Source: Andalucia godoyi And28 (taxonomy: Eukaryota > Protista > Jakobida). Taken from it: DNA of 64,000 nucleotides. The DNA lies in the NCBI GenBank assembly GCA_009859145.1, contig VRVR01000029.1, positions 124,001 through 188,000 of the forward strand, written 5' to 3'. The notes under the pieces were generated by a model. The model had not been told where the DNA came from. It worked only from the letters and a program-made list of their open reading frames with translations, and made no database searches. Below, one piece after another: positions 40,887 through 50,255 of the stretch (position 1 is its first letter; every line of letters starts with the position of its first letter). The position numbers and the translations under genes are program-made.

Positions 40887-40894
40887 TTTTTTTG
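40887..40894 (+). terminator. Pol III T-run terminator of the tRNA
   Basis: T8 run 11 nt after the discriminator base. Confidence 0.75.
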
Positions 40895-41175
40895 TGGTGC
40901 AGTCATGAAAGGTCGACGAACGTCGATTGCAGCTGCACCGGGATTTTCCCATTTATTATTTTTCCCCTTCGCCCAGATTTTTGTGTGTGGTGGTTTTCAT
41001 GGTTCAAGAATGTGAGCCACCGAAAGAGACACGCTGTGGCCCATACATCATCCAGGCATCATCAAAACGTCTGACCGTCATCATAAAAAAGGACGTCTAG
41101 CATTCAGATTTTTTGCTTTGTCACGTGTGTCGTTGTTGCTGCTTATTGGCTTTTCTGCTTTCATTTCTCCGTCCG

Positions 41176-42864
41176 ATGACTTTTTCACAGTTTGTTTTTG
41201 CTCTTGTACTCTTGAGCGGAATCTGCATCGCATCTTGTCAGAGTCAGTCCAGCTCTGTGGGCAGCGAAGAGTCGTTTTCAGAGGCGCTGAAGTCGCTGTT
41301 TCCATCACGAGTGGGCAGTCCTCGTGCGTACTCGGAAGGACAACAAGAACTGTCGTCTTGGGAACAAAAATCGACAACGAAACCGTGTTTCAAGTCCGTG
41401 CTTCGGGATATGAAATTGCACTGCAAAGATCTACTGGCTTCTGAAGAACTCAAGTCAAAATTTGCAGCATTGGTGACCAATTGTGAATTCTCTCAGGTCG
41501 GATATGGGTTTCCACAGACCCAGTGTGTGCCAGACAAGATGACCGCACAGGAATGTACACGAGCATTTACATTCATTGATGGAGGCGTTCAGGCTTACAT
41601 TTCGATCAAGAATCACCTTGACAACATTTGCTTTTATGTTCAGGCTCAGTTGTTCAGTGAGAACACCGAATTTGCTGTGCATAAACTTGTCGATGCATCG
41701 GATCTCGCCCACCAACGGTTCGTTTCACTCGAGCAAGCCATGTCTGGTATTGGTTCCCAAGTGGAGTCTTCGATCTCATTGCAGGAAGATCTGTCTTCAG
41801 CGCAATCATTACTCGGGGTGCAGATTCGCCTTGCTGCGGAAGAAGAGGCAACATTTCGTGCAGCTCTGAAGACGGATCTGGGGATGCTGGCAAATTTTTC
41901 TTCTCAGCTTGAGTCCGAAATGGAAGAAGCACGCTTTCATCACGAAAAGATGGCGGTGGCACAGGATGATTTGTTGAGGCAGCAGTCTCGACTTGCAAAT
42001 GAGACGGTAAGTCAATTCTACCATCTCCGGACTACCATGTCGCATGTTTTTCAAATGTTGGATGCCGTGCAGATGATCCAGGCTGCTGTGAAAGAAGAAG
42101 TCGAATCTCTCCATGAGCGGCACGCAAGCTTGCACAGCAAGATGACCGAGTCAGGAACTAAACAGGACATTATGTCGAAGTTGCAACAAGACATGCACTT
42201 GCGACAGCAAAACACGTTGGATGCACTGCTAAAAATCCACGACGCGACTACTACTGCTATTGCTCAGCATGAAACGATGCTAGCGAATCAAGCCGTTGCT
42301 GAACAGTCTCTTGAGAGGATTCAAGAATTGCATGACAAGCTGTCTGTTCACACTCAATCCTTACTGGCGATTACCGGTAGGCTAGAGTCCCAGTTGGAAG
42401 ACGTTTCCGAGAAGAATGCGGAGTTCGTGCAAGATCACGCTCGGATTCTTACAATGTTGTCGGATGTTGCTCATTGGACCAGGATGATTTTTGCGCAACT
42501 GTTTTCGATCACATCGGCTTCGTTTTATGTTCTTTCCGGTGCGTCTGTCTTCTTCCTCACGGCAACAGAGAGGACCAAAACGGCACGTTTGTGGCTGTTT
42601 CTGCTGTTTGCCATGTGCTTCGCACTCGAAAGATATCTAGTAACCTTGACTCATGCTGACTCTGCTGCTGCTGTTTCTGCGCTATCTTCCCAGGATTTCG
42701 AGACATCCATCCTTTTGGTCCGTCGAGGGGTCGTTACTCTCGGCATAGTTGTTCTTCTGATGTCGGTGCTTGCTTACAGGGACTACAACAAAGAGAACAA
42801 TGTGTTGCTCAAGCGGATTCTGCAACTGCAAAAAGGCCCTTTGTATGTGGACAACGTGGAATAA
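41176..42864 (+). CDS. GEX1: GEX1/KAR5/Brambleberry family nuclear-fusion protein, 562 aa
   Basis: Signal peptide, Cys-rich domain (PCFKSVLRDMKLHC...FAALVTNCEF...C...C...Y...LDNICFY), long coiled coil and three C-terminal TM segments. Confidence 0.8.
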   Translation: MTFSQFVFALVLLSGICIASCQSQSSSVGSEESFSEALKSLFPSRVGSPRAYSEGQQELSSWEQKSTTKPCFKSVLRDMKLHCKDLLASEELKSKFAALVTNCEFSQVGYGFPQTQCVPDKMTAQECTRAFTFIDGGVQAYISIKNHLDNICFYVQAQLFSENTEFAVHKLVDASDLAHQRFVSLEQAMSGIGSQVESSISLQEDLSSAQSLLGVQIRLAAEEEATFRAALKTDLGMLANFSSQLESEMEEARFHHEKMAVAQDDLLRQQSRLANETVSQFYHLRTTMSHVFQMLDAVQMIQAAVKEEVESLHERHASLHSKMTESGTKQDIMSKLQQDMHLRQQNTLDALLKIHDATTTAIAQHETMLANQAVAEQSLERIQELHDKLSVHTQSLLAITGRLESQLEDVSEKNAEFVQDHARILTMLSDVAHWTRMIFAQLFSITSASFYVLSGASVFFLTATERTKTARLWLFLLFAMCFALERYLVTLTHADSAAAVSALSSQDFETSILLVRRGVVTLGIVVLLMSVLAYRDYNKENNVLLKRILQLQKGPLYVDNVE

Positions 42865-43256
42865 GTAGAGTGCAGTAACGCTCGTGATCATTCTTTTAGT
42901 TACATCTTTTTTCATCTTCATCTTCTAACGGATAGTGCTATATGCGGCCTCCGGTTGAAGTTTGTTTCTTCGAGTGGAGCAGTTCGTGTTTGTTGTATTA
43001 TATTCTCGTTTATTCTTGTGGTTCGCGCGATTGCTCTTTTTTTATGTTTTACTATTGTTTGTTGAGTAGTAAATGGTGGTGTGGTGGTGTGGTGGTGGGG
43101 GAAGGAAGGAAAAAGAACAAAGACAATAACTCACACAGAACTTGATAACTTCATTCGAAAAGACGACGACGACGATGACAGACTCACGAACAGAAAAACA
43201 GCAAACCACCACCATTGAGAAAGTGTCCCTCACTGGTATCAGGATTCTGTTTCCTC

Positions 43257-44597
43257 TCATGCCTTGAAATTTGCCTTCAATCCTTGCCAGCATTCAAAGT
43301 ACTCCTTGTCCACCAAACCCGATGCATCTGCCATGACGTAAGGAGACAGACGCATGATGAATGTTGTTTCGAACATGAAGGCCATTGAACCATCCGCAAC
43401 GCGGTGAGGCTTGAGATCTGCTTTCGAGGCGGTCTCGAAGACTGCAGCCTCGGGACCGTGAGCTGACATGCATGAATGCAGAGAACCCCCACCTGGAACA
43501 AATCCTTTTCCGTCTTTTGCCTCATAGGCACCAACAATCAAGCCCATGTATTCGGTCATGGTGTTTCGGTGATAGTAAGGAGGACGGAAAGTTTTTTCAG
43601 TGACAGTCCAGCGAGGTGGGAAGATGACGAAATCTGCTGTTGCAACACCAGGCTCACCTGATGGACACGTAAGAACTGTGAAAATAGACGGATCCAGATG
43701 ATCAAACGTCACAGAATTAACAGCAATGAACTTTGCCAAGTCGTACTTATAAGGAGCGTAGTTGCCGTGCCACGCAACGACATCGAAACACGTATGAGCT
43801 TGGACACATTCAAACAAGCGGCCGCCAAATTTGTGGATAATGCGGAAGTTGATATTCGCACGTTCTTCAAATGCAGCCACAGGCGACACGAAATCTCGGG
43901 TATTGGCGAGTCCATTCGCTCCAATTGGGCCCAAATCCGGAATTACAAAATGTCCACTGTAGACTTCACAGATGTAGCCTCTGTACACGGCGTCGTCATC
44001 GGACTCGTTCTCCTTGAACACTGCAAAGCGAACGCCTCGTGGAATCACGCACACCTCCACAGGCTTCACCAACATCCAACCATGCTCAGACTGCACGCGG
44101 ATGGCTCCTTGCTGAGGGACGATGAGCATGTCGCCGTCAGCATTGCAAAATGCTGCATCAGTCATGCTCGTGTTGAACCCATACATGTGAACCGCGAGAC
44201 CAGTCTTGGACTCCGGTGAACCCGCTCCGCAGAATGAAACAAGACCTTGAACGAAATTGACCTTCTTTACAGATGCCAAAGGGACAGGCAGCTGTCTCCA
44301 GCGAATCTGGTTGGGATCGATGATCGATTCAGCACTGGAGAAATCGCAGAACAAGCCCGGAGCAAATGACGACGGCAGCGGAGAAAAGGGCTTGTGCATC
44401 ACAGAAGGCCGAATGCGATAGTACCAAACTTTCTGGTTCTTCACTCTTGGGGTCGTAAAAGAGGTACCATTAAGCTGTTCTGCATATAATCCCAGTGGGC
44501 ATTGTTGTGGAGTGTTTTGGAAATCAGGAAGAGCGCCCTTCACTGCTTCAGTAGAGATGTAATTGCCATGTCCGGAAACATATTGGTAGTCCTTCAT
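43257..44597 (-). CDS. HGD: Homogentisate 1,2-dioxygenase
   Basis: YVSGHGNYISTEA, GLYAEQLNGTSFT, FDVVAWHGNYAPYKYDL, FDHLDPSIFTVLT, FRPPYYHRN, SLHSCMSAHGP. Confidence 0.98.
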   Translation of the reverse strand: MKDYQYVSGHGNYISTEAVKGALPDFQNTPQQCPLGLYAEQLNGTSFTTPRVKNQKVWYYRIRPSVMHKPFSPLPSSFAPGLFCDFSSAESIIDPNQIRWRQLPVPLASVKKVNFVQGLVSFCGAGSPESKTGLAVHMYGFNTSMTDAAFCNADGDMLIVPQQGAIRVQSEHGWMLVKPVEVCVIPRGVRFAVFKENESDDDAVYRGYICEVYSGHFVIPDLGPIGANGLANTRDFVSPVAAFEERANINFRIIHKFGGRLFECVQAHTCFDVVAWHGNYAPYKYDLAKFIAVNSVTFDHLDPSIFTVLTCPSGEPGVATADFVIFPPRWTVTEKTFRPPYYHRNTMTEYMGLIVGAYEAKDGKGFVPGGGSLHSCMSAHGPEAAVFETASKADLKPHRVADGSMAFMFETTFIMRLSPYVMADASGLVDKEYFECWQGLKANFKA

Positions 44598-45043
44598 ATT
44601 TGACAGTCGTCAAAGCAAGCAATTCCGCGATCAAAAAGACAAGGAATTATAAAGACAATCAATAAAGATAACAACAACAAAGTTGCAGCAGACCAAGCAA
44701 CCCAAAAACCCAACAGTATGCTCAACAATCTGCACCACAGAATAGAAAAGCAAAAATAGGTTTTTTATTTTTCAAAAATAGGTTTTTTCCCTTTTCACCA
44801 AATTGGAGGAGGAATGCCCAGGCTGGAAGGCTTTTGGGAACTTGAAGCCCCCATTCCATTCCACCTGTTTTTATTTGTCTTATTGCAGATTCAATTGATG
44901 CATGTCAAAAAAACGCACAGAGAAATAGAGGAGACCCTGCTTGGCGTTCGCGGCTTTCTTTTGTGCCCAGTTCTGTAGCTTTTCTGCTTTTGGGTGCGAA
45001 TTAACAATCTTTCCCAGTCGAAAGACTGAGCGCAGATGGCAAC

Positions 45044-45750
45044 ATGGGGCTTGTCACGATAGTGTTTACTGCAATTTTATCGGCTGTTGCTACTACATAC
45101 TCTATTGATACTGTTCGGCACGTGAAGGTATGGGACTGCACATTTTTGGGTTTTCCTTCTTCTTTTCAACTTGATATATATATATATGTATATAGTGACT
45201 GTTGTTGTTGAATATTGATCTTTAACTTATTCGATTTTTGTCTGTGCAGAAACGAGTTGCTGAATCGCCTCTAGGCCTCGCTCTTCAAGCAGTTCGATAC
45301 CTCTCGTTAGCGCCTCCCAAAAAACCGTCTATCGAGAATATGTCAGAAGAGAAGAAACAACTGCCAGCTAGAAGCGGAGATCGTGAGGCCGACGTCTTTG
45401 ACGTCGGTGCTGCCGTGCTTCGACGACAGCTAAACGGCCTTTCTTTTGCATCTGCTGCTTCCATGTTGTCCAATGCTCCCGAAATGCTGTCGGTCGGTGC
45501 AGGAGCGGCAACTTCCCCGTGGATCCAAGAAGCGGTGACACTTGCCACACAGTTCAAAGACTACGTAACTGCAGACGATATCAGGAGATCCCAACTTGCT
45601 TTCGGCAGCCGTGTGCGTGTAGAGGACGAACACGGAATTGTACTGGACTCCCAGCCAATTGTGAATGCTGCTGTCCCATTGAATGCCGCGGGAGCTGGAC
45701 GCGGCTCGAACGTCGTCGTTGTCGACGTCTCCAATTTGGAACGCACTTGA
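45044..45750 (+). CDS. Hypothetical protein with N-terminal hydrophobic anchor, 2 exons, 194 aa
   Basis: Exon 1 45044-45127 (MGLVTIVFTAILSAVATTYS..), intron 45128-45249 (GTATGG..GCAG), exon 2 45250-45750, in frame. Confidence 0.65.
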
Positions 45751-45805
45751 TTTTCACGATGGTGCTTTTTTAAAACAGTTTTATGCGTAAGAGAGAGTCC
45801 TTGCA

Positions 45806-48800
45806 TCATCGTTTTCGTTTGGCTGGTGGGCTCTGTTGCTTTGAAACATCTCCGTCAACAGATCTCTTCAGTGTCTGGTCATGCAACTGTTTTGCAGAGG
45901 ATTGGACGTCGCTTCTCTCAACCCATGAAATCGCAAGCGTCCGCTTCTGTGCTTCGATTTTGACACGGACACGATCAAACATGCGCACAGATATCTTTTG
46001 CCCTTGTTCGTTGCAAGTCATGCTCAATGTTTCAGAATCAAATACAAAACCCTGGCCATGCACGTCAATTTTTCCTTCTATGCCGTATCGCGGCACAAAC
46101 ACGGACATGTGAGATGCTTGCTCCTGAAGACCGAGCACAATCGCGTCCTGCGTGTCTTCGCCGCGGTCTCGAAATAGCATTACAGTATGCAATTCGACTG
46201 AATCACGACCTGCTAGCTGAGCTTGCAGATGGCGATGATTGAGATTGTCTACGACATTCTTCATGCGCTCTTGCTCCTCCTCATTTCGATCTGTCGTCGG
46301 GACGACGTCGCTCAGCGGAATCAACTCCAAAGCAGCTGCCAGAAGTCGATGAACGAGCACATCCGAATAACGGCGAATGGGAGATGTGAAATGAGTGTAT
46401 AAATCTGCCGCCAATCCATAATGTCTCCATTGCTCCTTCTTGAAGTCGCCCGCGCAGAAGTAAACTGCTTGTTGCATGCAGCGCGTCGCCAGCATCCGCA
46501 GCAATCGTTGTACTTGAGGATTCGGTACTCGATCCATGCAATTGTTCAAAATTTTAGAAGACTTGGGATCTGCAGGATCTAGTGAAGCCAACGCTCGAAA
46601 CCAGTCATATCCAAGGCCAATGCGAGCCGCTCTTTCAAGGCTGTCGAATGCCTGAGGCTCAGGGCAGGGATGCCTACGCAAAATTGCAATAGCCGGGAAC
46701 GACTGTGCAATCTTCTCTGCAACTGCACAGTTCCCCAGCAACATGAATTCTTCAACGAGAGAATTGGTACGCTTTGTCTGATAGACGGACACGTCGGTCG
46801 GGTTGTGAGTCTCTGCATCAAGAGAGAACCGGACTTCCGACGAAGCCAGCGACAATGCGCCCTTGCCGAAGCGAAGGGCTTTGAAATGTTCCGATATGCT
46901 CATCATCAAGGAAACATCGTGCCCAATCGTTTCCGGATCCAGGATCTCAGTCCCTCCTATGTTGGCGTGTTGGTTGACGAACTTTGGAGGTAGAACACCA
47001 TCAAGCCTGAATGCATTGTGTCGATTTTCTGGGTCTGCCATATGTGACGTATACGCATCCAAAATGCACTGCGCCTCCCCGTAGGTCATCGCCGCCCGAG
47101 ACTTGATCACAGACTTGCAGTACTCCACATGACGTATTTTGAAGGTTCCCGGCTCGAGGTACCACAGCACCGAAAAGGCAAGTCTTTCGACGCCTCCCTT
47201 GAGAGAACACAGAGTTTCCGTCAGCAAGCCCGGAAGCATATCGATCCTTTTATCAACCAGATAAACAGTCGTCGACCTGCGTTGTGCCTCCTCATCCATA
47301 GCAGTGCCCAATTTCAGGAAATGTGACACATCTGCGATATGCACGCCCACTTCAAGAAGCTCTTCTTCCTCCTCATCAAGTGGATCGAGGTTTTCTCGTG
47401 GTCCAAGACTTCGTAACCGCACATCAGGAGATCCCAGCATGTCAACTCTGCGTTTCGCCACTCGTTGAACGTGCAGCGCGTCGTCGATATCCTTGCATCC
47501 CGGAGGATCAATGGATGCAACATTGCGCATGCGAAGATCCTTCCGCTTCGACCTCTCCGCATCTGTAATGATCCAATCATCCGCTGGCAAGCAGGACAAC
47601 ACGCTTTCAGAGAAGGTTGTGTGCGGAACATCATGCTCTCGCAGAATTGCTTCATTTTCAGCGTCTCGATCGCCAATATCGCCGATTGTTTGCACATAAT
47701 GACCGTTTGGGTACCGCGAATCGACAGGCCATTCGTCGACTGCAACGACAAAGAGTTTGCCGGCAAGCGAAGATGCCTGGCGGGTCTTTATCCGGATTCT
47801 TGGAATACGCGCATCCAACGGTTCAAACAGAACAGATTGTGACGTGGCGAGCTTCGACGAATCAGTGAGGTACCCGCAGTACGGACGCCACTTGCGCTCA
47901 AAGACTCCAACAACCCGTGCCAAATTATATTTCCGAGCCCTCACATCCTGCTTCAACAACTCCCCATCCGTTTCTTCGGATGGAACGTCGGAGGCGATAT
48001 GAGCCCCTGCTTGTCTTGTCTGTTTCTCAGAAGCCTCATCCGCATCAGTTGCAATTGCCGCATCCAGGATAATCTCAACGGCCACGGTATCTCCGTCAAA
48101 TGCACGGTTCATGTTTTGTTTTCCGTGAATTCTCACGGGCATATTATTGAAGATGACACCAGAAAGACGGCCGTCGTAAGGGGAATCACGATAGCAACGA
48201 ACGACACCCTTCAAGAACTGGCCAGCTTGCAGTCCAGACTGAATGAATTGCGCGGAGGTGTATTCTTGGAAAAATGCATCCGAGGAGGAAGAAGTGTTTT
48301 CTACAGCTGTACCATCGGTTGCCAGATTCTTAACACGCTCGCCAAGATCTGGAACAGACGCTTTCTGTGCTTCGACAAACTCAGAAACAGAGGCTGCAAC
48401 AAGCGCTCCCCGTAAAGATCCATCCTCTTGAAAGAAATTCGGTATCGCTCCTTGCTCGTCAGCGAACAATTGCCTGTTTCTTCGGTCGTCTGAAAGCAGC
48501 AACACGGGGATCCGCAGGTGCTCGGAGTACCATTTTGCAGTAACTCGAATAGCACGGTCGTTCCTGTCATTCGCCGTTTCGGAGGGATTCGTAGAACCAA
48601 TGGAGTCTGTGTCTTCGATGTACGTTGCCCGATGGAATTCGTTCGAAAATACATAAAAATGGCGACTGGGGTCCGCTGACATTTGACGAATACGGTTGTA
48701 CAACGCGAGATTCCTGTGCTTGACCTCATCCAAAACAGTCTGCAGCAGTACCACGTTTTTGACATGGGGATGCTCAATAACGTCGATCTGATGCAGAAAC

Positions 48801-48985
48801 ACATTTGTATCCGCAACAATGATGAAAGGATATGCATCAGACAGCGTTGTCGACACCAGCTGGGTTGAGCATTTCTTGCAACCTGAGTAGCCGCAAGGAA
48901 TGTCGTCTCGCAGATAGTGCTCACGGACAACATTCGACACTCCTCCTTGTCTATTCTTTGTTACAAATGTTTTCTTCTTCAACAT
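45806..48985 (-). CDS. DIS3: Exosome catalytic subunit Dis3/Rrp44, 1059 aa
   Basis: VVREHYLRDDIPCG (CR3), PIN domain DTNVFLH and NDRNDRAIR, RNB domain SIDPPGCKDIDDALH and YTHFTSPIRRYSD. Start placed at MLKKKTF (48985). Confidence 0.97.
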   Translation of the reverse strand: MLKKKTFVTKNRQGGVSNVVREHYLRDDIPCGYSGCKKCSTQLVSTTLSDAYPFIIVADTNVFLHQIDVIEHPHVKNVVLLQTVLDEVKHRNLALYNRIRQMSADPSRHFYVFSNEFHRATYIEDTDSIGSTNPSETANDRNDRAIRVTAKWYSEHLRIPVLLLSDDRRNRQLFADEQGAIPNFFQEDGSLRGALVAASVSEFVEAQKASVPDLGERVKNLATDGTAVENTSSSSDAFFQEYTSAQFIQSGLQAGQFLKGVVRCYRDSPYDGRLSGVIFNNMPVRIHGKQNMNRAFDGDTVAVEIILDAAIATDADEASEKQTRQAGAHIASDVPSEETDGELLKQDVRARKYNLARVVGVFERKWRPYCGYLTDSSKLATSQSVLFEPLDARIPRIRIKTRQASSLAGKLFVVAVDEWPVDSRYPNGHYVQTIGDIGDRDAENEAILREHDVPHTTFSESVLSCLPADDWIITDAERSKRKDLRMRNVASIDPPGCKDIDDALHVQRVAKRRVDMLGSPDVRLRSLGPRENLDPLDEEEEELLEVGVHIADVSHFLKLGTAMDEEAQRRSTTVYLVDKRIDMLPGLLTETLCSLKGGVERLAFSVLWYLEPGTFKIRHVEYCKSVIKSRAAMTYGEAQCILDAYTSHMADPENRHNAFRLDGVLPPKFVNQHANIGGTEILDPETIGHDVSLMMSISEHFKALRFGKGALSLASSEVRFSLDAETHNPTDVSVYQTKRTNSLVEEFMLLGNCAVAEKIAQSFPAIAILRRHPCPEPQAFDSLERAARIGLGYDWFRALASLDPADPKSSKILNNCMDRVPNPQVQRLLRMLATRCMQQAVYFCAGDFKKEQWRHYGLAADLYTHFTSPIRRYSDVLVHRLLAAALELIPLSDVVPTTDRNEEEQERMKNVVDNLNHRHLQAQLAGRDSVELHTVMLFRDRGEDTQDAIVLGLQEQASHMSVFVPRYGIEGKIDVHGQGFVFDSETLSMTCNEQGQKISVRMFDRVRVKIEAQKRTLAISWVERSDVQSSAKQLHDQTLKRSVDGDVSKQQSPPAKRKR

Positions 48986-49591
48986 CTTGACCGTTACAGG
49001 AACATGAACACAAAGCAACACACCCCACAAATGCACAGTAAGGACGACGGCAAAGAGCGAAAAAAAAAAAAAAAAAGAAAGGAAAAAGAAGTACAAAAAG
49101 ACCTTGAGGCTGCAGCGAAGTCGAGGTGCGACCGCTGCCGCTTATTGCGATATGATGAAGCAATCTCAAGCGCACGCAACAAAAACACTGCCACGCTCCA
49201 TGCGCATGCGCATGCGTTTGTTATCTTAGCAGCTCCGTCACACGATGCCCGATTCGTTTCGCCCCATTTTAATTATAAACACGCCCGCCGCGTTGCATTC
49301 TTGCACAGCGACGCTCATTTCTTATTTTTATTTTTTACTTTTATTGCCCATGCAACGCGCCATGTCCGTCACGCCCGCAACGCTGCGCAAGACCCATGAC
49401 ATCTCCACCGCCACTGGAACGATCCGCAGCATCCACATCTATCTTAAGAACGTCTCTCATGCCGAGGGGCGTGTTGGGGCCTACCCCTTTCACAATCATG
49501 ATATGCTTGTTGTTGGGTTGCAACAGTGATTATGGGTGATCAGCGATGATTATCCGTGGTTAGTGTACAGTGTAGGCCTGTGTACCGATGA

Positions 49592-49594
49592 GTG

Positions 49595-49628
<34 letters not shown>
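49592..49628. repeat. (GT)n microsatellite
   Basis: Read directly. Confidence 0.92.
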
Positions 49629-49785
49629 CAGATACGGAGAGGACAACCTCATACGAGCAGCCTCAACTGCAGTCTATTTTACTGGCCATTCAGGCCTTCC
49701 GGTTTTCTCGAATTTCTGCGACTCCCGTTTTTCTTTGCTTTTGCTTTATTCTTGTTTCTTGAAGAATGATGTTTCGCATGCAAAA

Positions 49786-50216
49786 ATGTCTGAGAACTAT
49801 TCGGTGATCCGAGAGATTGAACAAAATTCCAATTTGCGCAGATTGCAGATTCAGGTATGCTTTTTTAATTGTAATTTTATCCGTTTTTTTTCATGGAATC
49901 TTCATTTTTTCGCCCTTGTCGCTTGTCGTTTTCCACCCGCTTATGTCGTCCCCCCGCCCCTTCTTCTATCTCCCTTTCTTTTGCTTGATTGTGTTTTTTT
50001 AAGGAGCAACGGCTGCTGGCACTTCAGGAAGAATTTCAGTTTCTTCCAAAGAAGAGGAATGTTTTTGTCAGCATTGGGTCCATAATGGTTCCTGCGACAC
50101 GACAAGAAGCAGAGGATCGTACGAGAGCCGAGCTGGAAAAGGTCAGAAAGGAGCTCAACGGACTCTCGAATTCCCCCTCCAATGGTTCTAAATCCAAGAA
50201 AAACATCACTGTTTAA
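49786..50216 (+). CDS. Short beta-prefoldin-like protein (ASDURF-like), 2 exons, 93 aa
   Basis: Exon 1 49786-49854, intron 49855-50003 (GTATGC..TAAG), exon 2 50004-50216. Helix, beta-hairpin (RNVFVSIGSIMVP), helix. Confidence 0.55.
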
Positions 50217-50255
50217 AACAACCAACTGTGCCTGCTTTACAATGTCCAACGTGCA

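Noticed and set aside
23853-48985. Functional gene clustering (RRP40 with DIS3; PCD with HGD; TEL2 with the prefoldin-like gene)
   Set aside because: The pairs are 9-34 kb apart with unrelated genes between them, which is expected by chance in a compact genome.
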